Assembly: GCA_963767925.1 (NCBI GenBank)
Contig: CAVYGB010000008.1
Coordinates: 96,001-160,000 of the forward strand
DNA length: 64,000 bases
DNA from: an uncultured delta proteobacterium
Lineage (GTDB): Bacteria > Myxococcota_A > Polyangia > Fen-1088
Direction: 5' to 3'
Below are positions 38,575-48,772 of the stretch, piece after piece (positions within the stretch are counted from its first letter, which is position 1; every line of letters starts with the position of its first letter). Made by a program: the position numbers and the translations under genes. Below the pieces are notes generated by a model that saw only the letters and a list, made by a program, of their open reading frames with translations, made no database searches and was not told where the DNA came from.

Positions 38575-39933
38575 ATGAATGAAGCATTTGCCCCCCGCTG
38601 GAACCACGAACCGGAACCGTCCGCCGAGGAGGCCGCCGCGCCGCCGGAGCCCTTCCTCGAGGAGCCCGCCCGCCGCCGCTGGCGCTGGCCGCTGATCGCG
38701 ATCCTGGTGCTGGCCGCGGCCGGCGGCGGCGTCGCCACCTGGAAGTGGCAGGCCAAGCCGGTCCCGCCCAGCTTCGAGACCGCGCGCGTGGACCGCGGGC
38801 GCATCGCCGTGCAGGTCTCCGCCAGCGGCACCCTGTCGGGCCTGCGCACGGTCCTCGTCGGCAGCCAGGTCTCCGGTCGCATCGCCGAGCTGAACGCCGA
38901 CTTCAACGACACGGTGAAGAAGGGGCAGCTCCTGGCCCGTCTCGACACCCAGATCTTCAAGGCCGCCCTGGAGCAGTCCCGGGCCAGCTTCGTGGTGGCC
39001 AAGAGCAGCGTGGCCCGGGCCCAGGCCCAGGCCGCCGACGCCGAACGGCAGCTCGCCCGCCAGCAGAAGCTGGGCGAGGCGCAGCTCCTGGCCCCCGAGG
39101 TGGTCGAGAGCGCCACCACCAGCGCCGAGGTGGCGCGGGCCGCCCTGGCGGGGGCCCGGGCGCAGGCCCAGCAGTCGGCGGCGTCGTTGCGCCAGGCCGA
39201 GCTGAACCTGGCCATGACCGCCATCTACTCCCCCATCGACGGGGTGGTCATCTCGCGCAGCGTGGACGTGGGCCAGACGGTGGCCGCCTCCCTGCAGGCG
39301 CCGACCATCTTCACCCTCGCCGAGGACCTGCGCAAGATGCAGGTGGAGGCCCACGTCAGCGAGGCGGACGTGGCCAAGCTGACCGCCGGGATGCCGGTCA
39401 ACTTCACCGTCGACGCCTTCCCCGGCCGCACCTTCTCCGGCACGCTCCGCCAGGTCCGCAACGCCGCCGAGACGGTCCAGAACGTCGTCACCTACGACGC
39501 CATCGTCGACGTGGACAACCCCGACCTGCAGCTCCGGCCGGGGATGACCGCCAACGTGACCTTCGTGGTGGCCGAGCGGAAGGACGTCCTGCGCATCCCC
39601 AACGCCGCCCTCCGCTTCCGTCCCGGCGCCGCGACCGGCCGTTCCGCCCAGCCGTCCCGCGAGGGGGGCCGCACCGTGTTCGCCCTGCAGGGCACCACCT
39701 TGCAGCCCAAGCGGGTGCGGGTGGGCATCACCGACGGCAGCTTCACCGAGCTCGTCGAGGGGGACCTGGTCGACGGCCTGGCCCTGGTCACCGACATGGG
39801 CGGCACCACCCCCGCCGCCGGCACCCGCGGCACCGGGGGCGAGCGCCCGGGCATGGGGGCGGGCGGCCCGCCCGGACTGTCCCCCGTGAACACCCCGGGG
39901 CTGGGGGGCGGCGGCCGCCGGCGCGGCGGTTGA
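38575..39933 (+). CDS. MacA-like efflux adaptor subunit
   Basis: VGSQVSGRI, IYSPIDGVV, GQTVAASLQAPTIF, VSEADV, QNVVTY, LRPGMTA. Confidence 0.93.
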   Translation: MNEAFAPRWNHEPEPSAEEAAAPPEPFLEEPARRRWRWPLIAILVLAAAGGGVATWKWQAKPVPPSFETARVDRGRIAVQVSASGTLSGLRTVLVGSQVSGRIAELNADFNDTVKKGQLLARLDTQIFKAALEQSRASFVVAKSSVARAQAQAADAERQLARQQKLGEAQLLAPEVVESATTSAEVARAALAGARAQAQQSAASLRQAELNLAMTAIYSPIDGVVISRSVDVGQTVAASLQAPTIFTLAEDLRKMQVEAHVSEADVAKLTAGMPVNFTVDAFPGRTFSGTLRQVRNAAETVQNVVTYDAIVDVDNPDLQLRPGMTANVTFVVAERKDVLRIPNAALRFRPGAATGRSAQPSREGGRTVFALQGTTLQPKRVRVGITDGSFTELVEGDLVDGLALVTDMGGTTPAAGTRGTGGERPGMGAGGPPGLSPVNTPGLGGGGRRRGG

Positions 39934-39980
39934 AGCGCGACCCTCGTCAGCAACCTCGACCCGGACAGGAGACCACCGCC

Positions 39981-40760
39981 ATGAAGCCAATCATCGAGCT
40001 TTCTCACATTCGCAAGCTCTACCGACTGGGAGACAGCACGGTCAACGCACTCGACGACGTCAGCCTGCGCATCGACGCCGGCGAGTTCGTGGCCATCATG
40101 GGCCCCTCGGGCTCTGGCAAGTCGACCCTGATGAACGTCGTGGGCTGCCTCGACGTCCCCGACTCGGGCAGCTACCGCCTGGCCGGGCGGGAGGTGGCCC
40201 GGCTGACCCGGGCCGACCAGGCCAGCGTGCGCAACCGGGTCCTGGGGTTCGTGTTCCAGGGCTTCAACCTGCTGGCTCGCAGCAGCGCCCGCGAGAACGT
40301 CGAGCTGCCGCTCCTCTACGCCGGCGTCAGCCACTGCGAGCGCAAGCTGCGGGCCCAGCGCGCCCTGGCCAGCGTCGGTCTGGCCGCCCGGATGGACCAC
40401 CTGCCCAGCCAGCTCTCGGGCGGTCAGCAGCAGCGGGTGGCCATCGCCCGGGCCCTGGTGGGACGCCCGCGCATCATCCTGGCCGACGAGCCCACCGGCG
40501 CCCTCGACTCGCGCACCAGCCTGGAGATCATGGCTCTCTTCCGCGACCTGGCCCAGGCCGGCATGACCATCGTGCTCGTCACCCACGAGCCCGACATCGC
40601 CGCCCACGCCTCGCGGGTGCTGGTGTTTCGCGACGGGCAGGTGGTCTCCGACCGCCAGCAGACCGCCGCGCCGGTGCTGTCGCTGTCCCGTGGAGAAGCC
40701 GCCGGCGCCCCGGCGCGGGAGCGGCGAATTTCCCAGGTTCCGGATCGGGAGGCCGTCTGA
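39981..40760 (+). CDS. ABC transporter ATP-binding protein (MacB/LolD type)
   Basis: GPSGSGKST, LSGGQQQRVAIARAL, ADEPTGALD, VTHE. Confidence 0.95.
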   Translation: MKPIIELSHIRKLYRLGDSTVNALDDVSLRIDAGEFVAIMGPSGSGKSTLMNVVGCLDVPDSGSYRLAGREVARLTRADQASVRNRVLGFVFQGFNLLARSSARENVELPLLYAGVSHCERKLRAQRALASVGLAARMDHLPSQLSGGQQQRVAIARALVGRPRIILADEPTGALDSRTSLEIMALFRDLAQAGMTIVLVTHEPDIAAHASRVLVFRDGQVVSDRQQTAAPVLSLSRGEAAGAPARERRISQVPDREAV

Positions 40761-41986
40761 TGCTGTCCAACACGTTCCTGCTCGCCGCCCAGGGTCTGTA
40801 CCGGGCCAAGGCCCGCTCGCTGCTGACCGCCCTCGGCATCATCATCGGGGTGGCCGCCGTCATCGCCACGGTGGCGATGGGGGAGGGGGCCCGCGCCCGG
40901 GTCGAGCAGGCCTTCTCCGCACTCGGCACCAACCTGCTCATCGTGATGCCGGGCAGCTCCAACGCCGGTGGCGTGCGGGGCGGCGGCGGCTCCGCCTCCA
41001 CCCTGACCTGGGCCGACCTGCGGGCCATCCAGACCGAGATCCCGAGCGTGCGCTACGCCGCCCCCATGTTGCGCAGCTCGGCCCAGGTCGTGAGCGAGGA
41101 GCAGAACTGGTTCACCCAGGTCTACGGCGTCACCGCCGACTTCTACGGCATCCGCCAGTGGCAGGCCAGCCGGGGCACCGTGCCCACCGCCGCCGAGGAC
41201 GAGAGCCGGGACAAGGTGGCCGTCCTGGGCCAGACCGTCGTCGACCGCCTGTTCGGCCCGGGGGTCGATCCGGTCGGACGATCGGTGCGGGTGCGGGGCA
41301 TTCCCTTCATGGTCACGGGCGTGCTCGACCGCAAGGGCCAGTCCAGCAGCGGGCAGGACCACGACGACGGCATCTACCTCCCGGTGAAGACCTTCCAGGC
41401 CACCATCCAGGGCGGCTTCGGCAACTTCATAACCGGCCCCCTGCTGGTGGGCGCCACCTCGGCCGAGACCACCAGCCGCGCCGAGCGGCAGGTGACCGAG
41501 CTGCTGCGCGACCGGCACCAGATCGGGCCGGGGGGCAGCGACGACTTCTCCATCCGCAACCTGACCGAGACCGCCTCCGCCCAGGACGAGAGCGCCCGCG
41601 CCCTCACCCTGTTGCTGGCCGGAATCGCCGCCGTCTCGCTGCTGGTGGGCGGCATCGGCATCATGAACATCATGCTGGTGGGGGTCACCGAGCGGACGCG
41701 CGAGATCGGCGTGCGCATGGCGGTGGGGGCCAAGCCCTGGCACATCCTGGCCCAGTTTCTCACCGAGTCGCTCGCCCTCTCCGCCGCCGGCGGCCTGCTC
41801 GGCATCGCCCTGGGCCTCGGCACCTCGGGCCGCCTGGCCGACTACTTCGGCTGGCCCAGCCGCTTGCGCCTCGACGTCCCGCTCTACGCGATGGGCTTCT
41901 CGGTCGCGGTGGGCGTCGTGTTCGGGATGTACCCGGCCTGGAAGGCCTCCCGCCTGCACCCCATCCAGGCCCTCCGTCACGAGTAG
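40760..41986 (+). CDS. MacB-type ABC permease
   Basis: RSLLTALGIIIGVAAVI, GGIGIMNIMLV.VTERTREIG, FGMYPA.KASRL.PI.ALR. Confidence 0.95.
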   Translation: MLSNTFLLAAQGLYRAKARSLLTALGIIIGVAAVIATVAMGEGARARVEQAFSALGTNLLIVMPGSSNAGGVRGGGGSASTLTWADLRAIQTEIPSVRYAAPMLRSSAQVVSEEQNWFTQVYGVTADFYGIRQWQASRGTVPTAAEDESRDKVAVLGQTVVDRLFGPGVDPVGRSVRVRGIPFMVTGVLDRKGQSSSGQDHDDGIYLPVKTFQATIQGGFGNFITGPLLVGATSAETTSRAERQVTELLRDRHQIGPGGSDDFSIRNLTETASAQDESARALTLLLAGIAAVSLLVGGIGIMNIMLVGVTERTREIGVRMAVGAKPWHILAQFLTESLALSAAGGLLGIALGLGTSGRLADYFGWPSRLRLDVPLYAMGFSVAVGVVFGMYPAWKASRLHPIQALRHE

Positions 41987-43233
41987 CGGTGGTCGGGGGC
42001 GGTCAGGCGATCCAGGTGGGCGCGGATGTGGGCCGCCTCGGCGGCGGTGTTGGCGAGGGCGATGGCCCGGTTGAGCGCCTCCCGGGCCTCCTCCTGGCGG
42101 CCGAGCTGCATCAGCAAGGCGCCCTTGACCCCGAAGAAGTGAAAGTAGCCGGCGAGCGGGGCGGCCAGGGGCTCGATCAGCGCCAGCGCCGCCGCCGGCC
42201 CCTGCACCTTGGCCACCGCCACCGCCCGGTTCAGCGTGATCACCGGGGAGGGCTTCATGCGCTCGAGGGTGGCGTAGAGCAGATCGATCTGGGCCCAGTC
42301 GGTGTCCTGGGCCCGGGCCGCCCGGGCGTGAGTGGCGGCGATGGCCGCCTGCACCTGGTAAGGTCCCGGCCGCCGTTGGCCCATGGCCGCGTCGATCAGC
42401 GCGAGCCCCTCGTCGATGAGGGGCCGTTGCCAGAGCCCGCGGTCCTGCTCCTCGAGCAGGACGATCGCCCCCTGGGCGTCCAGCCGGGCCGGCGCGCGCG
42501 CGTGCTGCAGCAGGAGCAGGGCCAGCAGGCCCATCCGCTCCGGCTCGTCCGGGTACAGCCCCAGCAGCAGGCGGGCCAGCCGGATCGCCTCCTCGCACAG
42601 GGAGACCCGGATGTGAGCCTCGCCGCCGGTGGCTGAGTACCCCTCGTTGAAGACGAGGTAGATCATCGCCGACACGGTGGCCAGGCGGCTGTCCCGCTCG
42701 CTGGCGTCGGGGGCCTCGAAGGGGACGTGAGCGTCGCTCACCCGGTGTTTGGCCCGGGTGATCCGCTGCTCCATCGCGCTGTCCCCCACCAGGAAGGCGC
42801 GGGCGATCTGCTTGACGGTCAGCCCCGAGACGATGCGCAGGGCGAGGGCGATCTGCTGGGTGGCCGGCAGGTCGGGGTGGCAACAGATGAACAGCAGCCG
42901 GAGGATGTCGTCGCGGTAGTCGGCGTCGTCGAGCTGCTCGACCAGCGCGGCTTCGTTGTCGTCGCCGTCCGCCGGCCCCTCGTCGTCGGGCAGCGGCTCC
43001 TGTTTGCTGCGCCGGCGGGCGGCGTCGATGGCGGAGTTGCGGCCGACGAAGATGAGCCAGGCGGCTGGATCGCGGGGGGGACCGCTCCGGGGCCAGGCCT
43101 TCAGCGCCGACAGGCAGGCCTCCTGGAAGGCCTCCTCGGCCGCGTCCAGGTCCCGGAAGTAGCGCAGCAAGGCCCCCACCACCCGCGGGCGGGCCGAGCG
43201 CAGCGCCAGATCGATCCAGCCGATCTCGCTCAC
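41977..43233 (-). CDS. Second ECF42-type sigma factor
   Basis: AEEAFQEA, PRDPAAWL, DDILRLLFICCHP, EQRITRAK, YLVFNEGY, GPYQVQAAIAA, TDWAQI..LY. Confidence 0.93.
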   Translation of the reverse strand: MSEIGWIDLALRSARPRVVGALLRYFRDLDAAEEAFQEACLSALKAWPRSGPPRDPAAWLIFVGRNSAIDAARRRSKQEPLPDDEGPADGDDNEAALVEQLDDADYRDDILRLLFICCHPDLPATQQIALALRIVSGLTVKQIARAFLVGDSAMEQRITRAKHRVSDAHVPFEAPDASERDSRLATVSAMIYLVFNEGYSATGGEAHIRVSLCEEAIRLARLLLGLYPDEPERMGLLALLLLQHARAPARLDAQGAIVLLEEQDRGLWQRPLIDEGLALIDAAMGQRRPGPYQVQAAIAATHARAARAQDTDWAQIDLLYATLERMKPSPVITLNRAVAVAKVQGPAAALALIEPLAAPLAGYFHFFGVKGALLMQLGRQEEAREALNRAIALANTAAEAAHIRAHLDRLTAPDHRYS

Positions 43234-43628
43234 CGGAGCGCGACCCCCGGCAGATACAGCGACACCGGGCGCACCTCGTAGGCCCCGCCCGGGTTGGCCT
43301 GGGCCAGCTCCCGGGCGACCGCGAGCGCCTCTTCCAGGGTGGCGCAGTCGAGGGTGTAAAAGCCGAGGAGCTGCTCCTTGGTCTCGGCGTAGGGCCCGTC
43401 GGTCACCAGGGGCGGCTCGAGGCTGGCCTCGAGCCGGCGTCCCTTGCCCGACTTGCGCAGAGTCGTGGCGGTGGTGGTCGCCATCAGCCGCATGGTCGGG
43501 CCGAGCTTGCCGGCGGCGGCCAGCTTCTCGTGCACCACCGCCAGCCGGGCCATCACCTGGTCGTCCTCCTCCTTGCTCCAGGAGCCGACGATCTCTTCGT
43601 TGTTGTAACACAGGAGGGCATAGAGCAT
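43230..43628 (-). CDS. YciI/DGPF family protein
   Basis: MLYALLCY, TDGPYAETKEQLLGFY, YEVRP; GTGA overlap with the sigma gene. Confidence 0.92.
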   Translation of the reverse strand: MLYALLCYNNEEIVGSWSKEEDDQVMARLAVVHEKLAAAGKLGPTMRLMATTTATTLRKSGKGRRLEASLEPPLVTDGPYAETKEQLLGFYTLDCATLEEALAVARELAQANPGGAYEVRPVSLYLPGVALR

Positions 43629-43649
43629 GGGTCCATCGTCCTTTCGTAG

Positions 43650-43676
43650 GACGACGGAGTATGGTCGGCGCCGACA
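43650..43676 (-). promoter_or_regulatory. Putative ECF42-type promoter
   Basis: TGTCGG-N17-CGTC on the minus strand just upstream of the DGPF gene. Confidence 0.65.
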
Positions 43677-43737
43677 GGCTCCCGAAAAAAACCGCCCCCG
43701 CCGCGCTGCCCGGTCCGCGCCAACGCTCGGGGGTCTC

Positions 43738-44132
43738 CCCAGCCGGGCATCGACCGCGCGCGGGGCCCCCGCGGGGTCCACGTCCCGGAACACGACCAGC
43801 ACGTAGGCGCTGGCGTTCACCTCGGTGATGCTCCCCTGGGCGAGAGTGACGTCGAGGCGGTGCTGCCGGCGGCGCCCGACAACCACGTGATCGAAAGAGC
43901 GGCGCTCGACAACCGCCGGCACCGCGACGACCTCGCCGGGCAGGTCGGGGCGGGTCTCGGTGGGAGCTGGCGGCGAGGCGAAGCCGTCGAGCAGGTGGCG
44001 CCGGTCGCGCCCGCTCAGCTCGGTGCCGCGCCGGCCGCCGAAGGGGTCGACCCGCAGGTCCCGGTCGGCCCGGGCCCGCCGGAGCGCGCCGCGGGGGGCG
44101 CTCCAGTGGCCCGGCAGGCGGTCGATTGTGAC
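43738..44132 (-). pseudogene. Orphan internal gene fragment with a macro-domain-like start
   Basis: RRRQHRLDVTLAQGSITEVNASAYVLVVFRDVDPAGA.RAVDARL reads as protein but has no clear start and breaks off at the DGPF promoter. Confidence 0.5.
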
Positions 44133-44395
44133 AGCGCCCGCTCCCCCTCGTCGTCCGCAGGCAAAAGCCCTGGTAGGAGGTGGGGGCGGGCGGTCGCGGC
44201 GGGGTGGGACGGTTGGCCCGGGGCTGCGGCGGCGCGGTTGGTGCTTCCGTTCCTGGCTGGCGCGGCGGGCACGCGCGGCACGCATGGGGACCCCCTCTGG
44301 TTCGGTAATCCAGCGAACGCCCATCGGACAGACCCGCCGGGCCCTTGATGGTCGCGCGCGGGGGTCAGATTGCGTAGTCTGAGGGCCCTACCGCG

Positions 44396-45025
44396 ATGGC
44401 AACTCTATCTCGCGCGCTGCTGTTCCTGGCGCCGTTGCTGCTCGGCAGCACCCGCGCCGAAGCCCAGGGTCGGGTGCAGGCCGACATCCAGCGGGCGCTC
44501 ACCGAGCTGCAGGTCGAGGACCGGGTGCAGCGGACCCTGGGGGCCATCGCCGCCCAGCACGTGGTCAAGGGCCGCTGGCGCTTCAGCCTGCTCGACCGCA
44601 CCGAGCTGCGCTGGTGGCAGCGCGACCTCGAGCCGGCCATCCCCCACCTGGTCCAGCTCCTGGACGACGACTCGGGCCTGGAGTGGATCGACGGCAACGG
44701 CATGACCGAACGGGTGACCACCCCCCGCAAGGAGGCGACCCTGGCCCTGGTGGGGCTGGAGCGGGCCTCGATCGGCCCCCTCATCGCGGCCCTCGATCGC
44801 CCCGGGCTGACCCGCAAGGCCGACCTGGTCCTGCGGGAGATCGTGGGGCGGGGCCCAGCCGGCGCCGATCAGGCGAGCTGGCGGGCCTGGTGGCAGGCGC
44901 ACGGCTCGGAGCCGCTGCCCCGGGAACACGGCCAGCTCTGGAAGGCGGCGCTCGCCGTGCTCGCGCTGGGCGGTGGCCTGTCGCTGGTGATCTGGCGCCA
45001 GCGCAAGGCGGCCGCCGCCGCCTGA
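44396..45025 (+). CDS. Hypothetical exported HEAT-like protein with C-terminal TM anchor
   Basis: Signal peptide, PAIPHLVQLLDD, SIGPLIAALD, WRAWW, C-terminal TM plus basic tail. Confidence 0.75.
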   Translation: MATLSRALLFLAPLLLGSTRAEAQGRVQADIQRALTELQVEDRVQRTLGAIAAQHVVKGRWRFSLLDRTELRWWQRDLEPAIPHLVQLLDDDSGLEWIDGNGMTERVTTPRKEATLALVGLERASIGPLIAALDRPGLTRKADLVLREIVGRGPAGADQASWRAWWQAHGSEPLPREHGQLWKAALAVLALGGGLSLVIWRQRKAAAAA

Positions 45026-45047
45026 TCGCCGGGGCGGGCCGGGCCCG

Positions 45048-45290
45048 TCACAGCCGCTGAAGCTTCACCGTCCGGGGCGCCGCCCCCCGGCGACTTCACG
45101 ACGAGGGATCTCCCGGCCCGGGTCGCCGCGCAGGGCGGCCGTCACCGCCAGCAGGTCAGCGCCCGCGAGCTTCTTGCGGTCCACCTCCAGCACGGCGTCG
45201 CCGGCGCGCAGCCCGGCCCGGGCGCCGGGCGCGTCGGGCTGGACCGCGCTGATGACGACCGCCGTCGCGCTCGCTGAAGCTCAGGCCCAT
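45048..45290 (-). pseudogene. Stand-alone PDZ domain ORF with about three frameshifts
   Basis: GGAGG-ATG MGLSFSERDG / VVISAVQPDAPGARAGLRAGDAVLEVD...LRGDPGREI / LVVKSPGG / TVKLQRL-stop. Confidence 0.7.
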
Positions 45291-45386
45291 CGTCGCCTCC
45301 TTCGTGACGATAGGCTAACAGGCTGCGCCTGCCCGGTATGTCAGGGCCATCACAGACCGGACTGGCAGGAGGGATAATGTGAAGCC

Positions 45387-46315
45387 GTGACAACCGGCCG
45401 TTCGACCCGATCGCGGAAGCCGGCCCCGGTGGCCGAGGGCGGTCCCACCCCGGTGTTGCTGTTCGACGGGTTCTCCCTGCTCTACCGGGCCTTCTTCGCG
45501 CTTCCCCCATGAACACGGCCAGCGGCGAGCCGACCTCCGCGCTCTACGGCCTGTGTGTCCTGGTGCTGAAGCTGCTGCGGGAGACCCGCCCGCGGGGCGC
45601 CGCCTTCGCCCTCGATCGCCCGGGACCGTCGTTGCGTCGGGCGGCCTTCGCCGGCTACAAGGCGAACCGGCCGGCTGCCCCGAGCCCGCTGTCACGGCAG
45701 GTGGCCCGCCTGCCCGAGGTGCTGGCCGCCTTCGGTTTCCCCGCCTACTCCGGCGCCGGCTACGAGGCCGACGATGTGCTCGCGACCCTGGCCCGCGAGC
45801 TGCGGGCTGTCGGGGAGGCGCCGCTGGTGGTGACCGGCGACCTGGATCTGCTCCAGTGCGCGATCGGGCCGGCGCGGGTCCACGTCGTCGGGCGGGGCAG
45901 CGAGGGCCGCACCTACGACGAGGCCGCGGTCTGGTCGCGCTTCGGCGTCGCCCCCCGCGAGCTGCCCGACTGGAAGGCGCTGGCCGGCGACGTGACCGAC
46001 GAGATCCCCGGTGTCCCCGGCGTCGGGGCTCGGACCGCCAGCGCGTTGGTCCGCCGCTTCGGGAGCGTGGCGGGGCTGCTCGCGCGCACCGACGAGGTCG
46101 AGTCGGCCCCGCTGCGCAGCGCCCTGCTGCAGCTTCGCGAGGAGCTGCCGCTGTGGCGCGAGCTCACCCGGCTGGCCGAGGACGTGCCGTTGCCCGAAGG
46201 CCCGCGCTTCGGCCCGCTGTCCGGGGACGCCCGAGCCCGGACCCGGGCGCTGTTCGAGGCCCTGGAGTTCCGGACGCTGATCCCCCGGCTGGACGCGCTC
46301 GCGCCGCCGGCCTGA
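45387..46315 (+). CDS. Stand-alone 5'-3' exonuclease/flap endonuclease (PolA N-terminal/Xni-like), one frameshift at about 45505
   Basis: LLFDGFSLLYRAFFALP / MNT.SG.PT.ALYG, YKANR, GYEADDVLATLA, TGDLDLLQ, ALAGD..DEIPGVPGVG.RTA. One C is missing from a homopolymer. Confidence 0.9.
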
Positions 46316-46321
46316 GCCGGC

Positions 46322-46534
46322 TCAGCGGCGGCGGGGCGGCAGCCGGCCTTCGGGCGCTGGCGCCTCGCTGGCCTGGCCCTGGGCCTTCTTGACCTCGTCG
46401 AGCAGGGCGGCCAGGGCGTCCGGGCTGAGGGCGATCGTCGCCTTCAGGTCCATCTCCGGAGCGTCGTCCTCCGCGACCGGCGCGGGGGTCTCCGGGACGG
46501 CCGGACGCTCGCTCGCTGCGTTAAGCTTGGCCAT
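46322..46534 (-). CDS. Small hypothetical protein
   Basis: 70 aa, MAKLNAAS...MDLKATIALSPDALAALLDEVKK. Confidence 0.55.
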   Translation of the reverse strand: MAKLNAASERPAVPETPAPVAEDDAPEMDLKATIALSPDALAALLDEVKKAQGQASEAPAPEGRLPPRRR

Positions 46535-46619
46535 GGAGGAAAGGTGCATCTCGCGACGGGGATACGCCGGGGAAAAAATGCGCTCGGGACCACGGGCTAC
46601 CGCCCAGGTGCGACGCCGG

Positions 46620-47588
46620 TCACGGATCGACGAGGAAGTCGACGATCGCGTCAAACAGCTTCAGCGCGTCTTCCGTCAGGAGGTTCTCGGTGGGGCTGTC
46701 GCGCACGAAGAAGAACCCGCGCTTGGCCGGCGCCTCCTCGTCGTTCGCCATCTCGTCCCCCTCGTCGTAGACGAACATCGCCACCTCGTTCGCGTTGCCT
46801 GCGACGGTGGCGATCCGCTCCGCCTCCGGGCCGGGCACGCCCCAGCCGATGTCGAAGGCGACGTTGAAGATGGTGACCGTCCCGCTGAGGCCCGCCGTCA
46901 AGCCGGCGCCGGCCGCGGCCAGGATCGCCACCTGGGTTCCGTCGGTGGTGCCGTGATCGGTGCCGGCCGCCGAGGTCAGGTTCAGAAACGGCTCCAAATT
47001 CTCGTCCATCGCCAGCAGGGGCACCTCCAGCTCCGCCGCCTCGGGCAGGGACATCATCGTGTTGGCCAGGGAGGTGCTGCCGCTCAGGAGCACGGCGCCT
47101 TTCCCCGCGGTGTCGGCCTCGCGCACCACCAGGTCGGTGCGGACGGTGACGGTGAACCCGCGGCTGGTTAGCCGCTCGATCATCGTCATGTCGCTGAGGA
47201 ACATCGCCACCGATCCGGTGACGAAGAGGATCTGCTTGTTCGGCGCACCGCCGGTGTCGGGCGGGCCGGCGTCCGGCGGGGGAGGGGGCGGCGGCGTGGG
47301 CGCTGGAGCCGGCGGCGCCGGCGGGGGAGCCGGGGGAGACGGCGGCGGGGGGGGGGCCCGATCGGGGGGACGCGCGTCGGGGGCGCGTCCGGGGCCACCT
47401 CCGGTTCCGGCCGCGCCCGGCGCACCGGAGGATCCACCCGCGCCCCCCACGCCCCCGGTGCCGGGGGTCGCCGGGCGGGCGTCTCCGCTTGCCCCGCCGA
47501 GGCTAGGCCCGATCGGTTTCACCGATGCCGGGGAGCAGGCCGCCACGATCACCAGCAACAGCGGGGCTCGCAACCACCCGTACTTCAT
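46620..47588 (-). CDS. Lipoprotein with Gly/Pro linker and alpha/beta C-terminal domain
   Basis: Lipobox IVAAC; Pro-rich linker; ILFVTG...RL..RGFTVTV...LFDAIVDFL. Confidence 0.8.
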   Translation of the reverse strand: MKYGWLRAPLLLVIVAACSPASVKPIGPSLGGASGDARPATPGTGGVGGAGGSSGAPGAAGTGGGPGRAPDARPPDRAPPPPPSPPAPPPAPPAPAPTPPPPPPPDAGPPDTGGAPNKQILFVTGSVAMFLSDMTMIERLTSRGFTVTVRTDLVVREADTAGKGAVLLSGSTSLANTMMSLPEAAELEVPLLAMDENLEPFLNLTSAAGTDHGTTDGTQVAILAAAGAGLTAGLSGTVTIFNVAFDIGWGVPGPEAERIATVAGNANEVAMFVYDEGDEMANDEEAPAKRGFFFVRDSPTENLLTEDALKLFDAIVDFLVDP

Positions 47589-47868
47589 GTTTCGTGTTTA
47601 ACACGGGGCGAGCGGCCTCCCACCCCGGAACCCGGCCGCATCGGCGCGGCCGACGCGTCGGAAACCGTTGTCGTGCGCCGGTGACCGCCGGTCCGCGCAC
47701 CCCGGGCCAGTCCCGAATCTGCCGCTCGGGTCGCATGACCCGGCGCGCAGCCCGGGCCGGGCCCCTTGCCGAGTAGACCTTCGGACCCATTGTCTGCCGG
47801 CAAGAAGGCCGGTGTGCAGCAATCGAGGACCCGCGGGTACGGCCGCCCGCTGAAACGGGCGTGTTCAC

Positions 47869-48114
47869 ATGACTCAGTACTGGCTCATCATCTTTGCAAC
47901 CCTCGGTCTGGCGATGACCCTCATCGCGCTCGCCGGCCTGTGTTTCGTGGCCGGCCTGCGCTGGGCGATGGTCGAAGGCCGCTGGAGCCGGACGCGCGTG
48001 GAAGCGCTGTCGGCCAGCGCGCGTCTCTGGCTCGGCCGCGGCCGCTTTCTGCTCGCTCGGATCATCGGCCGCAGCCCCTGGCCCGTGACCCGCGGCTACC
48101 GTTACCGCGCCTGA
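47869..48114 (+). CDS. Small membrane protein
   Basis: N-terminal hydrophobic helix, 81 aa. Confidence 0.5.
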   Translation: MTQYWLIIFATLGLAMTLIALAGLCFVAGLRWAMVEGRWSRTRVEALSASARLWLGRGRFLLARIIGRSPWPVTRGYRYRA

Positions 48115-48704
48115 GCGGCCGACTTCATCGGGGTGGGCTGCGGTGAGCCCGGCGCCCCGGGACGGCGCTCGAAGACCAGCGTGGAGGTGTCCTGATAGGT
48201 CGCGGTTCCTGCTGCCACGAAGCCACACTTCTGCGCCACCCGGATCGAAGTCAGGTTTTCAGGGGCGATCAGGCAGACGATCCGGCTGCTTCCGAAGCGG
48301 GTCTCGCCCCAGGAGAGGGCGGCGCGCATCGCCTCCGTCGCATAGCCGCGGCCGTGTGACCAGGGCGCGAGCACCCAGCCCGCCTCCGGCTCACCGTTCA
48401 GCGGGGGCTGCAGGTCGCGCTTGAAGTCCGCGAACCCGACCTCGCCCACCAGGCGGCCGGAGTCCTTCTCGATCACCACCCAGAAGCCGTAGCCCTGCCA
48501 GCACCAGTGGCCCACGTAGCGCAGCAGGCGCTGCCACACCTCCTCCCCCGACTGGGGCCGCCCACCGATGTGCCGGGTGACCTTCGGATCGCCCCACAGT
48601 GCCTGGCAGTCCGGGTAGTCCTCCTGCCGGTGCGCGCGCAGCAACAGCCGGGCGGTCTCGAGGCAGGGGATGGCGATCGTCGTGGCGACGGGCGGTATCG
48701 ACAT
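48102..48704 (-). CDS. GNAT N-acetyltransferase (RimJ/RimL family)
   Basis: LETARLLLR, EAGWVL...HGRGYATEA, I.PEN..SIRVAQKCGF. Confidence 0.92.
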   Translation of the reverse strand: MSIPPVATTIAIPCLETARLLLRAHRQEDYPDCQALWGDPKVTRHIGGRPQSGEEVWQRLLRYVGHWCWQGYGFWVVIEKDSGRLVGEVGFADFKRDLQPPLNGEPEAGWVLAPWSHGRGYATEAMRAALSWGETRFGSSRIVCLIAPENLTSIRVAQKCGFVAAGTATYQDTSTLVFERRPGAPGSPQPTPMKSAAQAR

Positions 48705-48772
48705 GGTCGGCTCCCGCCCCCGAACATGGCACAGGTCGCCCGGGTGATGGGCAGCGCCGGCCCTTCCGACCG

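Noticed and set aside
43230..44324. 364-aa extended DGPF fusion protein
   Set aside because: The DGPF gene has its own promoter motif, RBS-like sequence and ATG at 43628.
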